Origin: Veleropilina oligotropha
Taxonomy: Eukaryota
NCBI GenBank assembly: GCA_048128005.1
Contig: JBEUKZ010000112.1
Location: 372,001 to 436,000 of the forward strand
Reading direction: 5' to 3'
DNA: 64,000 nt
The position numbers and the translations under genes were made by a program. The notes below the pieces were generated by a model. It saw only the letters and a list, made by a program, of their open reading frames with translations. It was not told the DNA's origin and did no database searches. Every line of letters starts with the position of its first letter. The first letter of the stretch is position 1. This document shows, one piece after another, positions 44,419 through 53,800 of this stretch.

Positions 44419-45724
44419 CCCACTGTCTAGCGGCAATAAGAAGCAAGCCCCCGACTGATATGACCAGTGCCCATAGGTTTTCAGCGAGCCACGATGCTGT
44501 CTTGCCAATCAGGTTGATTAGCCAGGAGACCAGGCTTCCAAGTATTCCTGGGAGCGCGGCTGCGGCCTTCCCTGCTAGTTTGCCTAGAATCCTTCCCAGG
44601 TTCTGCAGCTGCTTTTTGACCCACTCCTTGACCCCGCCCTGACCACTGGGAGGTGGTGGTGTTGGTGGTATGCTCGGCGCTCCGCCTGTCAGGGCTAGTA
44701 CCAACGTCGAGATGGCCAACCCAATAGCAGTCAGTATTGTTGCGATCGTAACCCCTTGCTCGCGGAACAGGGTCCGGATACGCTCGGCCAGCGTTGTGTC
44801 GGTGTTCAGGATCCGACTTATCATCTCTCGGATCCGGCTGATTTGAGAGCGAAGGGCCTCCCGGCTTGATGAGGCTGCCTCTAGGCGAGCTGCTCTTTCA
44901 TCATTCAGGTCGCGCAGACGTTCCGCGATCCGTCGACGGATGAACTCATCCACACCGCCCTCTTCATCTGCCTGATCGAGCTTCATCTTCTCCAGCTCTA
45001 TGTGTTCATCCAGCGCCGTTAGTTTGGCTAGATTGTTGGTTAGTTCGCCTCGGATGGTCTGCATCGCCTTGTCAAGTCCGCGAAGCTCGCGAAGATTTAA
45101 TGGAGGGTCCCCCATTGTGCCTAAGATCTCTTCAACCTCGGTATCAGTGAATTTCGTCTCCATCGTGTGGATTGCTACCGAGGCATCAGTAGCAGTCTGC
45201 CCCAAATCCTGAAGTTCCATAGTGTCGACATTGGCGGCCGCACCGCTCAACTCAGTGTCGGCTGCCTGAAGAACTGCAACCGCTTTTGAGGCCAGCTTTT
45301 TTTCCCCCCGCGTCCAGTGTACAAAACCCAACCCTTCACGGATTGCATCACCCCCACCAGGCCGGCCAGCTATTGTTGACAACGCCAAGGGGTTGCCGGT
45401 GCGAGAATTTATGAGATTGATGTCCGGGTAGTCCGTCATCACCAATTTCCCCCCCCTCCCTAATTTTCCCCTCACATACTTGAATTTTGAATAATCTCGC
45501 CCCGTGGCTGGGGTCTGCCCCTCCTGTGCCAGGGCTTTGTAGTAGTCGTCAACCACGCCCTGAACGAGCTCTTGCTGAAGACTGCTGGTTCCTTCCTGTG
45601 GCCGTTCCGAAAGAACAGGCATAAACCGGTCGGTGGATAGATCCACATCAGTATCGTCGATGATGGTATCATCGTTGTCGATGAGATCGTCCGGCTCGAA
45701 TGCGGGGTTCTCGAATTTCGCCAT
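44411..45724 (-). CDS. Coiled-coil protein with C-terminal hydrophobic/amphipathic helices (437 aa)
   Basis: Heptad-rich middle region, then GVTIATILTAIGLAISTLVLALTGG and further hydrophobic helices. Confidence 0.78.
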   Translation of the reverse strand: MAKFENPAFEPDDLIDNDDTIIDDTDVDLSTDRFMPVLSERPQEGTSSLQQELVQGVVDDYYKALAQEGQTPATGRDYSKFKYVRGKLGRGGKLVMTDYPDINLINSRTGNPLALSTIAGRPGGGDAIREGLGFVHWTRGEKKLASKAVAVLQAADTELSGAAANVDTMELQDLGQTATDASVAIHTMETKFTDTEVEEILGTMGDPPLNLRELRGLDKAMQTIRGELTNNLAKLTALDEHIELEKMKLDQADEEGGVDEFIRRRIAERLRDLNDERAARLEAASSSREALRSQISRIREMISRILNTDTTLAERIRTLFREQGVTIATILTAIGLAISTLVLALTGGAPSIPPTPPPPSGQGGVKEWVKKQLQNLGRILGKLAGKAAAALPGILGSLVSWLINLIGKTASWLAENLWALVISVGGLLLIAARQWVT

Positions 45725-45760
45725 TTGAATACATCAGTGGGATACGCATCTAATTCAGCC

Positions 45761-47062
45761 ATGACTAGCGTATACGGACGCAAGCTTAATCCATACCGCA
45801 GGCTGCGTGAGCCCCTCGCAGTCAAGGGCATCCGCCAGTCGGTCACGATTACAAACAATCCATCAACGATTGCCCCGAACCAGCAGCTCCTGGTTCGGTT
45901 CCCTAATCTCGGGGCGAATGACGTGATCGTTCCAGGGACTGCCCACCTCGCATTTACCATCTCTCTGACCTCGGTAAATGCGAATAGGACTGTAGTGCAA
46001 AATATCGGCCGTGCCGTGATCAGAAAGACCACGATAAAGATAAGTGGAAACGAGATCATGTCGATTGACGACTCCGACGTGTACCACTGCTACTGCGATC
46101 TCTGGAAGACCACCGGGGAGCGCAAGAACGCCCAGTACCAGGGGATTGATACCAGCGATGGGCACAACACTACGAAGCATCGTGTTGGTGCGGCAGACGC
46201 CTTCAGACTGTCTGAGGATGTCGCGGTCGCGGCCGCTTACGGTAACCGATTCCGCATCCCGCTGGATTTCGAGCTGTTGGAAAGTCACATGCCATTCTAT
46301 CAAAGCGCCCTTGGAGACCGTCTCGAGTATGAGCTAACGTTCAACGACTACTCCCGGACTATCCGGGATACGGACGACTCCGGTTCCAGCTATTCCATCG
46401 ACAATATATCCCTCGAATATGACATGGTAACCCAATCCGAGCTTGCCAGACGGATTCGAAATCAATACCAGGGTCAACTCGTAATCCTGTACGACCGTGT
46501 TCTCCGGCATCGGAAGCTCACCCTAGACAAGAGCGACTCGTTGTGGAATATGAATGTGAACGTACCGGCGAGGTCGATGAAAGGAATACTACTGTTGTTC
46601 GAGGACCCTGCGAGAGACGCCGCGCCATTCTCTCGCGATACTGAGGCCTTCTATAATCCGAAGATCACAAAGGTCGAGGTCACAATCGAGGGTGTCCCGA
46701 ATCAAATCTACAGCCAGGGCATGCGAACATACCAGATCTGGGAAGAAGCCAAGAAAATGTTCGCCTCCGGCTGCAGCAAGCGGCATCCTGAGGTCGCGAT
46801 GGTCGCAAAGGACTTAGCGTTGGCAGACGTCACCCTGGGCGAGTTTCTGACTAAGAAATTTGCGCTCTGGATCGATATGCGGGTAACTGACGACGATCAG
46901 TTGCACGGGTCAGGCCGGAGGGTCGAGAACGCCAGCGAAGGCATTACTATTCAGATCACTAAAACAGCCGAAGCGGCCGGTCCACTGAACGTCTACGAGT
47001 TCGTGATCATGGACGCACAGCTGAATATCGAGAATGGCCGATTCGTCGAAGCACTGTACTAA
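45761..47062 (+). CDS. Probable major capsid protein (double jelly-roll, 433 aa)
   Basis: Size and beta-strand-like alternation fit; pattern AVIRKTTIKISGNEIMSIDDSD..., FRIPLDF and ITKVEVTIEG.P; lies directly upstream of the packaging ATPase. Confidence 0.7.
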   Translation: MTSVYGRKLNPYRRLREPLAVKGIRQSVTITNNPSTIAPNQQLLVRFPNLGANDVIVPGTAHLAFTISLTSVNANRTVVQNIGRAVIRKTTIKISGNEIMSIDDSDVYHCYCDLWKTTGERKNAQYQGIDTSDGHNTTKHRVGAADAFRLSEDVAVAAAYGNRFRIPLDFELLESHMPFYQSALGDRLEYELTFNDYSRTIRDTDDSGSSYSIDNISLEYDMVTQSELARRIRNQYQGQLVILYDRVLRHRKLTLDKSDSLWNMNVNVPARSMKGILLLFEDPARDAAPFSRDTEAFYNPKITKVEVTIEGVPNQIYSQGMRTYQIWEEAKKMFASGCSKRHPEVAMVAKDLALADVTLGEFLTKKFALWIDMRVTDDDQLHGSGRRVENASEGITIQITKTAEAAGPLNVYEFVIMDAQLNIENGRFVEALY

Positions 47063-47666
47063 ACGATTTCCGCACACCAAGGACCCCCACTCCGCAATCA
47101 TCTGCGGCCAGACCGGTTGTGGGAAGACGGTTTTCATGCTTGAACTGCTGGAAGGGGAGTATCGAGGCGTCTTCCGGCATATCGTGATCCTCTGCCCCAC
47201 GATCAAGTACAACAAAGCATACCAGTCTTGTCCGTGGATCTGGACCGACCCTGAGGTGTATTTAGTCCCCCCGGGTGAGCGACTCCATGACTGGCTGCGG
47301 GGGTTCTACCGGCTGTTTCAGGGGGAGTCGACTCTGTACATAATCGACGACTGCGCCGCCAGCAAGGCTATGGCAAAGAAACGGGACATGCTGACTTTGT
47401 TGGCCTTCAGCGGCAGGCATGCTTCCCAGAGCGTATGGGTAGTGACGCAAAAGTACAACTCGGTCTTGAAGGAGCTCAGAGAGCAGACCCGCTGGGTCGC
47501 GCTGTTCCATTGCAAGGACCGCAACAGTTTCGAGGACTGTCTGCGCGAGAACGATGTAATCCCGTCGCAGGATGAACGGACCGCGGTTCGCCGGCTGTTG
47601 TCCGAGACACGACACGCTAAGCTTCTGTTGAAAACTGATCAGCCCGTTGCTTATAGTGTGCTTTAG
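47034..47666 (+). CDS. A32/FtsK-HerA family genome-packaging ATPase
   Basis: Walker A GQTGCGKT, Walker B YIIDD, and SGRHASQSVWVVTQ. Confidence 0.9.
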   Translation: MADSSKHCTKRFPHTKDPHSAIICGQTGCGKTVFMLELLEGEYRGVFRHIVILCPTIKYNKAYQSCPWIWTDPEVYLVPPGERLHDWLRGFYRLFQGESTLYIIDDCAASKAMAKKRDMLTLLAFSGRHASQSVWVVTQKYNSVLKELREQTRWVALFHCKDRNSFEDCLRENDVIPSQDERTAVRRLLSETRHAKLLLKTDQPVAYSVL

Positions 47667-47719
47667 CAGCTACTTGGCTAGCCCTAACATCTACTTAGCA
47701 GCTACTTAGCTAGCTAGGC

Positions 47720-48478
47720 ATGTCGGACGCGGTATACATAGCTTTTGCTTTCAGCCAGGGCCTGATCTTGTTGCTACTCGTAACGTTGTGGTATTGGCAT
47801 TATCGCTATATTAGACTGGCGAGGAGATGTTGGAAACGCTTAAGGATGGACAGCCTCATCGATCAACTCATGGATGACGAGGAAGAAATGACCGTGAGCA
47901 GCAGCTCACCCCGCTCGACGACCAAACGCTGCTCGCAGCACGAGGAACCTGAAACTGGCTCCATAGGGATGGCAAAGAAACGGGAGAGGCTTGCAGCATT
48001 AGCCGTTGGAGGGGCCCACAGATACATGGGGCGTAACCTCACAGTGGACCGAATCGACGATATGACTGACGACGAGGTTGAGAAACACCACGCACGGTAT
48101 GAAGCGAAGCTAGGTGCTGACATGACGAAGACCCTCGGTGCCGCTGCTATACAGCTGTATGCGGGTGCAGCTGGGATGTTCCTGCCCATTCCACCAGCAA
48201 ACCAGCTACGACTGATCGCCGACCTGGAGGCTGACCCGTTCATCTCACATGCCCTGACCACTGCAAGCTGTGAGCTGTATTATAAATATGGCATGTACCT
48301 CGCACCGCTGACCGCAGCGTTGACCACGGCTAAGCACTGCCAATTTGGACATGTTTGCCCGCCTAAGATACCAGATCAAGATGACAACGCCGGAAGTGGA
48401 CCAAGTGATCGAGAGACAGCCGATCGAGAGCCAGCCGATAGAGAGGGTGACTTCTTCGACGGACTCATCAGTGAGTAA
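47720..48478 (+). CDS. Hypothetical protein with N-terminal hydrophobic segment (252 aa)
   Basis: ATG-initiated ORF in the co-oriented gene run; AVYIAFAFSQGLILLLLVTLWYW. Confidence 0.7.
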   Translation: MSDAVYIAFAFSQGLILLLLVTLWYWHYRYIRLARRCWKRLRMDSLIDQLMDDEEEMTVSSSSPRSTTKRCSQHEEPETGSIGMAKKRERLAALAVGGAHRYMGRNLTVDRIDDMTDDEVEKHHARYEAKLGADMTKTLGAAAIQLYAGAAGMFLPIPPANQLRLIADLEADPFISHALTTASCELYYKYGMYLAPLTAALTTAKHCQFGHVCPPKIPDQDDNAGSGPSDRETADREPADREGDFFDGLISE

Positions 48479-48872
48479 AAAGGACCCGAAAAAAGTGGCT
48501 GCAGGTCGGGCCGGCGCTGCTGCTCGAAAAGCCAAGCAGGAGAAGCTACTGGCCGCGGTTCGAAAAATGAAAGAAGACCTGAGTGCCCCAACAAGTGTTG
48601 TCGTTCCATCAGAACAGCCCGGGGAGGCGGTTCCAGCCGCAGAAAGACCGTGTGCGCCAGATACACGGAAATCGGACCCATTTAATTGGACCCAGGTAGC
48701 CGTCGCTGCCGGTACGGTTGCGTTGGTATTTGTTGTCTGGAAGACGTCCTCAGAACGCAGCAACCCTGGTCCATCCACACCACATCAACAGCCACCAGAC
48801 GCGGACGCTCGGTGCTCTCGGGCCGCCCCCACTATCGAATTGAAGAAGCAGAACCCTTTTCATATGCAATAG
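48381..48872 (+). CDS. Hypothetical protein with basic segment and one TM helix
   Basis: KKDPKKVAAGRAGAAARKAK and VAVAAGTVALVFVVW; the start codon is uncertain. Confidence 0.65.
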   Translation: MTTPEVDQVIERQPIESQPIERVTSSTDSSVSKKDPKKVAAGRAGAAARKAKQEKLLAAVRKMKEDLSAPTSVVVPSEQPGEAVPAAERPCAPDTRKSDPFNWTQVAVAAGTVALVFVVWKTSSERSNPGPSTPHQQPPDADARCSRAAPTIELKKQNPFHMQ

Positions 48873-48897
48873 TCGCAAACGGTACTAATCAACAGTT

Positions 48898-49137
48898 ATG
48901 ACTACCCCAATCACTGATGGAAAGATGCTCGGCAACGCTGTATACCACGCCGCTATAGTGTCAGGCCTCGCCATAGGCTACGCACGCCTGACAAAGATGG
49001 TATTCAAGGGAGCGAGCCCCAAACTGGACTTCACGGGGTACGATGTCGGGATGGTCGTCCTCGACGTATCGCTCGCCATGGCGACGAAAGACATGCTGAT
49101 CAAGCAAGGCATCATTCCGGCCGATATATTGAAGTAG
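48898..49137 (+). CDS. Small hydrophobic protein (79 aa)
   Basis: ATG ORF filling the gap between neighbours; two hydrophobic helices. Confidence 0.65.
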   Translation: MTTPITDGKMLGNAVYHAAIVSGLAIGYARLTKMVFKGASPKLDFTGYDVGMVVLDVSLAMATKDMLIKQGIIPADILK

Positions 49138-49168
49138 TGGGACCTTGCTAGATAATCGCAGCATTTCA

Positions 49169-49597
49169 ATGGCTTCCATTGCGATGCTGGTTGGGGGCGC
49201 TCTCGTCAACGCCCTCGCCTTCAGCGGCTCCAACTTCCTCTTCTCGAAGCTACGCAGCTCCGGTGTCGATGCGGAGCGTAAACGCCACGACATTGCTGTA
49301 GAACAGCTCAACGCTGCTCAGACTAAATGGTCACAACAGAGGGCAGAGCGTCTCGACTGGCTGAACGTTGAACTTCGCCGCCAGGGTCATGCCGTTGGCA
49401 CATTCCGGGATGTTGACGCCGCGATCCGTGAGTATGCATTGATCACCGGCAAGAACCTTGACCCCGACCTGGGGGGTGGCCCTGAGCCCGCCCTGTCTGA
49501 CTACTACACACCGAGCGATGGCCAGAAGGGACGTGAGATCACCTTCATCATCCTGGGGATGGCTGCGACCGGGTTGGTCGCCTACAAGCTCGCCTAA
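49169..49597 (+). CDS. Small protein with hydrophobic N- and C-termini (142 aa)
   Basis: MASIAMLVGGALVNALAFSGSNFLF ... ITFIILGMAATGLVAYKLA. Confidence 0.7.
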   Translation: MASIAMLVGGALVNALAFSGSNFLFSKLRSSGVDAERKRHDIAVEQLNAAQTKWSQQRAERLDWLNVELRRQGHAVGTFRDVDAAIREYALITGKNLDPDLGGGPEPALSDYYTPSDGQKGREITFIILGMAATGLVAYKLA

Positions 49598-49637
49598 TTA
49601 TTTCCAGTGGACATTTTTTTCGTTGGCATGTATAGTA

Positions 49638-49859
49638 ATGGGGCTCCCAGAAGAGCTGTACTGCGCTATGCTTGCGGTCGGCTATAGTACTACGTTACTC
49701 GACTGCTGGCGCCGCGACGAAAAGACTATGGTGCGGTTCGCGGTCCTGGTGCTCTCGGGCCCGACCAACCTACGGGCGACCACTGCGCAGCGACCGGCTC
49801 CGGAAGCTGAAGCCTGTTGGAGACTGATCAGTTTACTGGAATACATTGCTGATGGATAG
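49638..49859 (+). CDS. Small hypothetical protein (73 aa)
   Basis: ATG ORF (MGLPEELY...) whose end overlaps the integrase start. Confidence 0.45.
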   Translation: MGLPEELYCAMLAVGYSTTLLDCWRRDEKTMVRFAVLVLSGPTNLRATTAQRPAPEAEACWRLISLLEYIADG

Positions 49860-50850
49860 TAAGCTTGCGAGGATGTACTACAGCCCTAAGGGCTACTGGA
49901 AAGGCATTGCCGCGATAAAGAAACTAGCGGAGGCTGCCAAGGCGTCTGAAGTGGAGGCCCGGACATGGCTTAAGAGGCAGGCTATATGGCAGATCTATTT
50001 ACCTGCGCCACGGCGGATTCCAAGACCAAAATTCGACGTCGTAACGCCAAACGAGGTTCACCAAGCCGACCTCCTGTTTCTCCCCCATGACAAGGTCAGA
50101 CACAAGACCTATAAGTACGCTTTGACTGTGGTTGATGTGGCCAGTCGCTTTAAAGAAGCTGAGCCTCTGGCCACAAAAGAGGCCAAAGGGGTTGCTGAAG
50201 CTCTGTCTCGAATCTACAGGCGGAGTCCTCTTAGCTGGCCGAAATTGCTTCAGGTTGATCCAGGGCGAGAGTTCATGGGGACGGTCTCCCAGCTGCTGGC
50301 AAAGAATAATGTCGAGGTTAGGCGTGGCCGTGTGGATCTCCATCGCGATCAAGGGATCGTGGAGCGCTTCAACCGGACGCTCGCTGAGCGGCTCTTCGGG
50401 CACCAGTATGCAACAGAGATGAGTTTTACAGGGTCTGCGAAAGAGGGTCAAAGGTCAACTGAGTGGGTCGCCAGGCTGCCCGCCGTTGTTGCGGCGTTGA
50501 ATGGGGAAGTGACCAGGCTGACCGGTAAAAAGCCCAAGGACGCCATCAAGGCACCTCGCGTTGCACAAAATCCTTCTTCCACTGTTCCAGGCCGACAGGG
50601 GAAGGAACAGAAACTCCCCTCTGACGTAGATGTTCGATACCTATACCAACCCGGTGAGTTGGAGGGTGGTCGCCGGCGAGCGACTGACCCGGTGTGGTCT
50701 CTAAAAGTGCACAGGCTTGGACGCTCTGTCACTAAACCTGACGAGCCTGTGCTCTACTACTTGCTTGATGGACCACCGCGTGGGTTCGTTCGTGAGGAAC
50801 TTCTCGTGGTGCCTCGTGACACCCAACTGCCGCCGGTTCTCAGGCATTAA
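49852..50850 (+). CDS. Retroviral-like (rve) DDE integrase, Polinton type
   Basis: HQADLLF, YALTVVDVASRF, LQVDPGREF and QGIVERFNRTL; the D-D-E triad is intact. Confidence 0.93.
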   Translation: MDSKLARMYYSPKGYWKGIAAIKKLAEAAKASEVEARTWLKRQAIWQIYLPAPRRIPRPKFDVVTPNEVHQADLLFLPHDKVRHKTYKYALTVVDVASRFKEAEPLATKEAKGVAEALSRIYRRSPLSWPKLLQVDPGREFMGTVSQLLAKNNVEVRRGRVDLHRDQGIVERFNRTLAERLFGHQYATEMSFTGSAKEGQRSTEWVARLPAVVAALNGEVTRLTGKKPKDAIKAPRVAQNPSSTVPGRQGKEQKLPSDVDVRYLYQPGELEGGRRRATDPVWSLKVHRLGRSVTKPDEPVLYYLLDGPPRGFVREELLVVPRDTQLPPVLRH

Positions 50851-53800
50851 CAACTGCAAATCCTCTTTTTCGGTTACATTCAAGGCACGTTAAGCGCACG
50901 TTGTCGCGGATGTGGCCCCTGCGGTTGTCCACACGGTCGACACTGAACTGCTGTGTGTCTTTGGGCTGGTAGGCCCAGAGCAGCTCTATGTTACATGCTG
51001 CGCATCGGTTGTTTTGGGCCTCTCTGAGCCGCAGGATGTCGTCGACCTTGAGGTTAAACCCCGGGAGTCCCTTTGCCTGGTCCTGGCGCATGTATGCCAC
51101 GAGCTTCCTCTGGATGGTTTTTCGGAGCTGCTGCTTGCTCTGCTGCGCTTGGGGCGGCCTGTCCTCAGAACCCTCATCTGGAGGACAGGTTACCCGCTCG
51201 AGCTGATGCAGATACTCCACCCGGGACACGGCTAGGTAGGCGAGATTACTCCACTGAAGGTAGTCGTCGATGATCCAGACTTTCTGTGGGTCGTGAATGG
51301 TAAGACCCTGGCTCGAATGGATGGTGAGAGCATAGCCCAGGCGCCAATCCGGGGTCAGGATAGCCTGCTCAGCGGCCTCAATCGTGACCTCAACGACGTC
51401 GTTGAGAACTAGCTCCTCTCTTTCATCGGTGCCCGGAATGGTTACCATGATATTTTGCTTACGGGTGTCCCTGGGGTGATAAAGGATAGGAACCTGGGAG
51501 TCTGGGAAGTGCTCCTTGTGCCTCTGGAGCAACAGCTGTTGAGCCCGTTCGCGGACCTTCTGACGGCTGGTGAGGATTAGGTCGCCTGGCCTCCAGGTGT
51601 TGACAAACCGATCCCATCCAAGGCAGCTGGGGAGACTCTTACGCATTTCCCCGCACTGGATTTTGTCGGGCTGGAGACGTATACGTCTTTTCAGGGCTTG
51701 GAGGGCAGGGTCGTCTTTCGCCCTGTAATCTACTTCGATCTCCTCATAGTAGTCCGCGGTCCTTCGCAGCCAATCGTGCGGCATCTCGCCCGTAATCGGT
51801 GGTGGCTGGCCTTGATCGCCACAGCAGATAACCTGCACTTCGTGCTGGCCCAGCCAGTCCAAGAACATCTCGAGGATGTGCCGCGGAACAGTACAGACCT
51901 CGTCCCAGATAATGACGCGGGGGATGAACTTCTGACCCATGCGATCAGGTGTCCAGTCAGTCTGGCCGCTCCATCGGAAGAAACTGTGGTAGGTCTGGGC
52001 TTTGACGCCTCTGGTTCGCATCTCTTTAGCGAGGCGGTGGGTTGGCGTGAATACAATGGGATTCCTTGCCCGGAAGAGCTCCATAGCTCTCGTAGTCTTG
52101 CCACAGCCCCCTCCACCATTGAGGTAACTCAGGCGATGGTGGGTCAGCGTGTCATTGTAGCAAGGCGCGGTGCTTGGCTGGCTGGAATTGGCGGCACAAC
52201 AATACTCTGGCTTGGGCAGGTATGCGGCATGTTCCTGTGGCAGGTACAGCTGTTCGCCCTTGTCACGCCACTGGGCCGGTGCTACTGGCGGAAGGTACGG
52301 CTCCGCGATCAGACATGAGATGCACGATTGGCTGCGACAGTCACAGAGTCTGGGGGCAACGTACACCGTGACATCGTCGAGCTTCTCCAACGAGGCCTTC
52401 TTGAGGTAGATGCTGTCAGTGGCTACCCGGACAGCTTCTGCTGCACTGAAACGCTGAAGCATTGATAGGAGGTTGATGTGGGCATATGCCAGCATCGAGG
52501 CCCTCAGGTGGGCGTACTGAGGCTGGGAGCCATCATAGTACGTGAGGATGTGCCCCATAGGGCACCTTTGAGGTGCGCCGACCAGGGTACCGCTTTGGCG
52601 GGTGTCTCTTACGAGGAAGTCCAGCTCACCCTGGTCAATCACAAGCCTCCGTGTCAATCTTTTGCCATCAGCTTTGGCGCCTTGAGTGAATTTGCCGATA
52701 ATGCTGCAGCCCTGGTCACGGTTCTCAGGAAGCCAGACCTCGAGTTGCTTTCTGAATGTGATGATAGCTTCTCGGATCTTGAGGCTCTTTAGCAGTCCAG
52801 ACTCTACGAGGTAGGCGAGCAGCGCAGTGGGTGCCCAACCATTCTCTGCAAAGTGCTTGCCGAACCATGCGGGTATGACGGGGTGGATGTCTTCCGCGAA
52901 CTCCCATTCCACGACCTCAGCAAACCCAGTACCGATTTCTTGGGGAAGAGGACCATTAATTGCGACCCGCGTCATGCTGTGGGTTGGGTGTCCGAATCTT
53001 TCGAAATACGGCTTGGCCTCGCCCTGCCCCAGAAAGCTAGCAGGGTAGCAGGCTTTCATATCGATGCAGCAGACATCGCCCGTATCATAGTTCATGGAAT
53101 TCCACAGGCCACCATGACCGTGCTCCACGCAGGCCTTCTGGACGTCATCGAGCAGGCTCGCTGGGGTGGGTTTCCAGCCGTTCTTCTCTTTGGCCATAAT
53201 GCTAGCTGCATGGTTCACGCCAAAGGCTCTCTCGGCAAGGGACTCATTCCCCAGCGCTGTACAGGCTTCCTGGAGTCTCTCGTGATCATCTTGTGTCCTG
53301 TACGTGCGACCGTCTTGCAGCACGAACTGGTCCACGCCGAGCTGTCGGTCTTTACCGCCTAGGAGCCAGACAGCCATTGGCTCATTCTGTGTGGCTTGTC
53401 GAATAGCTTCCCAGACATCGCCCTCATACAGGTGGACCTCTCTACTTTGCGGGAAGTGTAGGTCCTTCGACCAGGCGTGGCCGTTGTGACAGATGAGTTC
53501 TACGTTTCTGAATGTATGGTTTCCTTGACCACGGTATTTACCACTGTTGTAGATGTCGGCACCTGCGATGTCTCGCACGATGATCGCCCGTTTCAGTATC
53601 TTCTCGAGGATGGATATATCATCCACAGTGGCGCCTGTTACGTGGACTCGCTCTTCCCACTCCTGTATTTTCTGCCGCCTGATTGGAGTGAGTCCGTTTC
53701 CTCGCAGGGCACCTTCGAAGTGCTCAACCACTCTCTGGGCAACGCAGTTGAGATCGCCGTTCTTCATTGGAACCAGGTTGGCGGGGTTTGGTTCTCTGAG

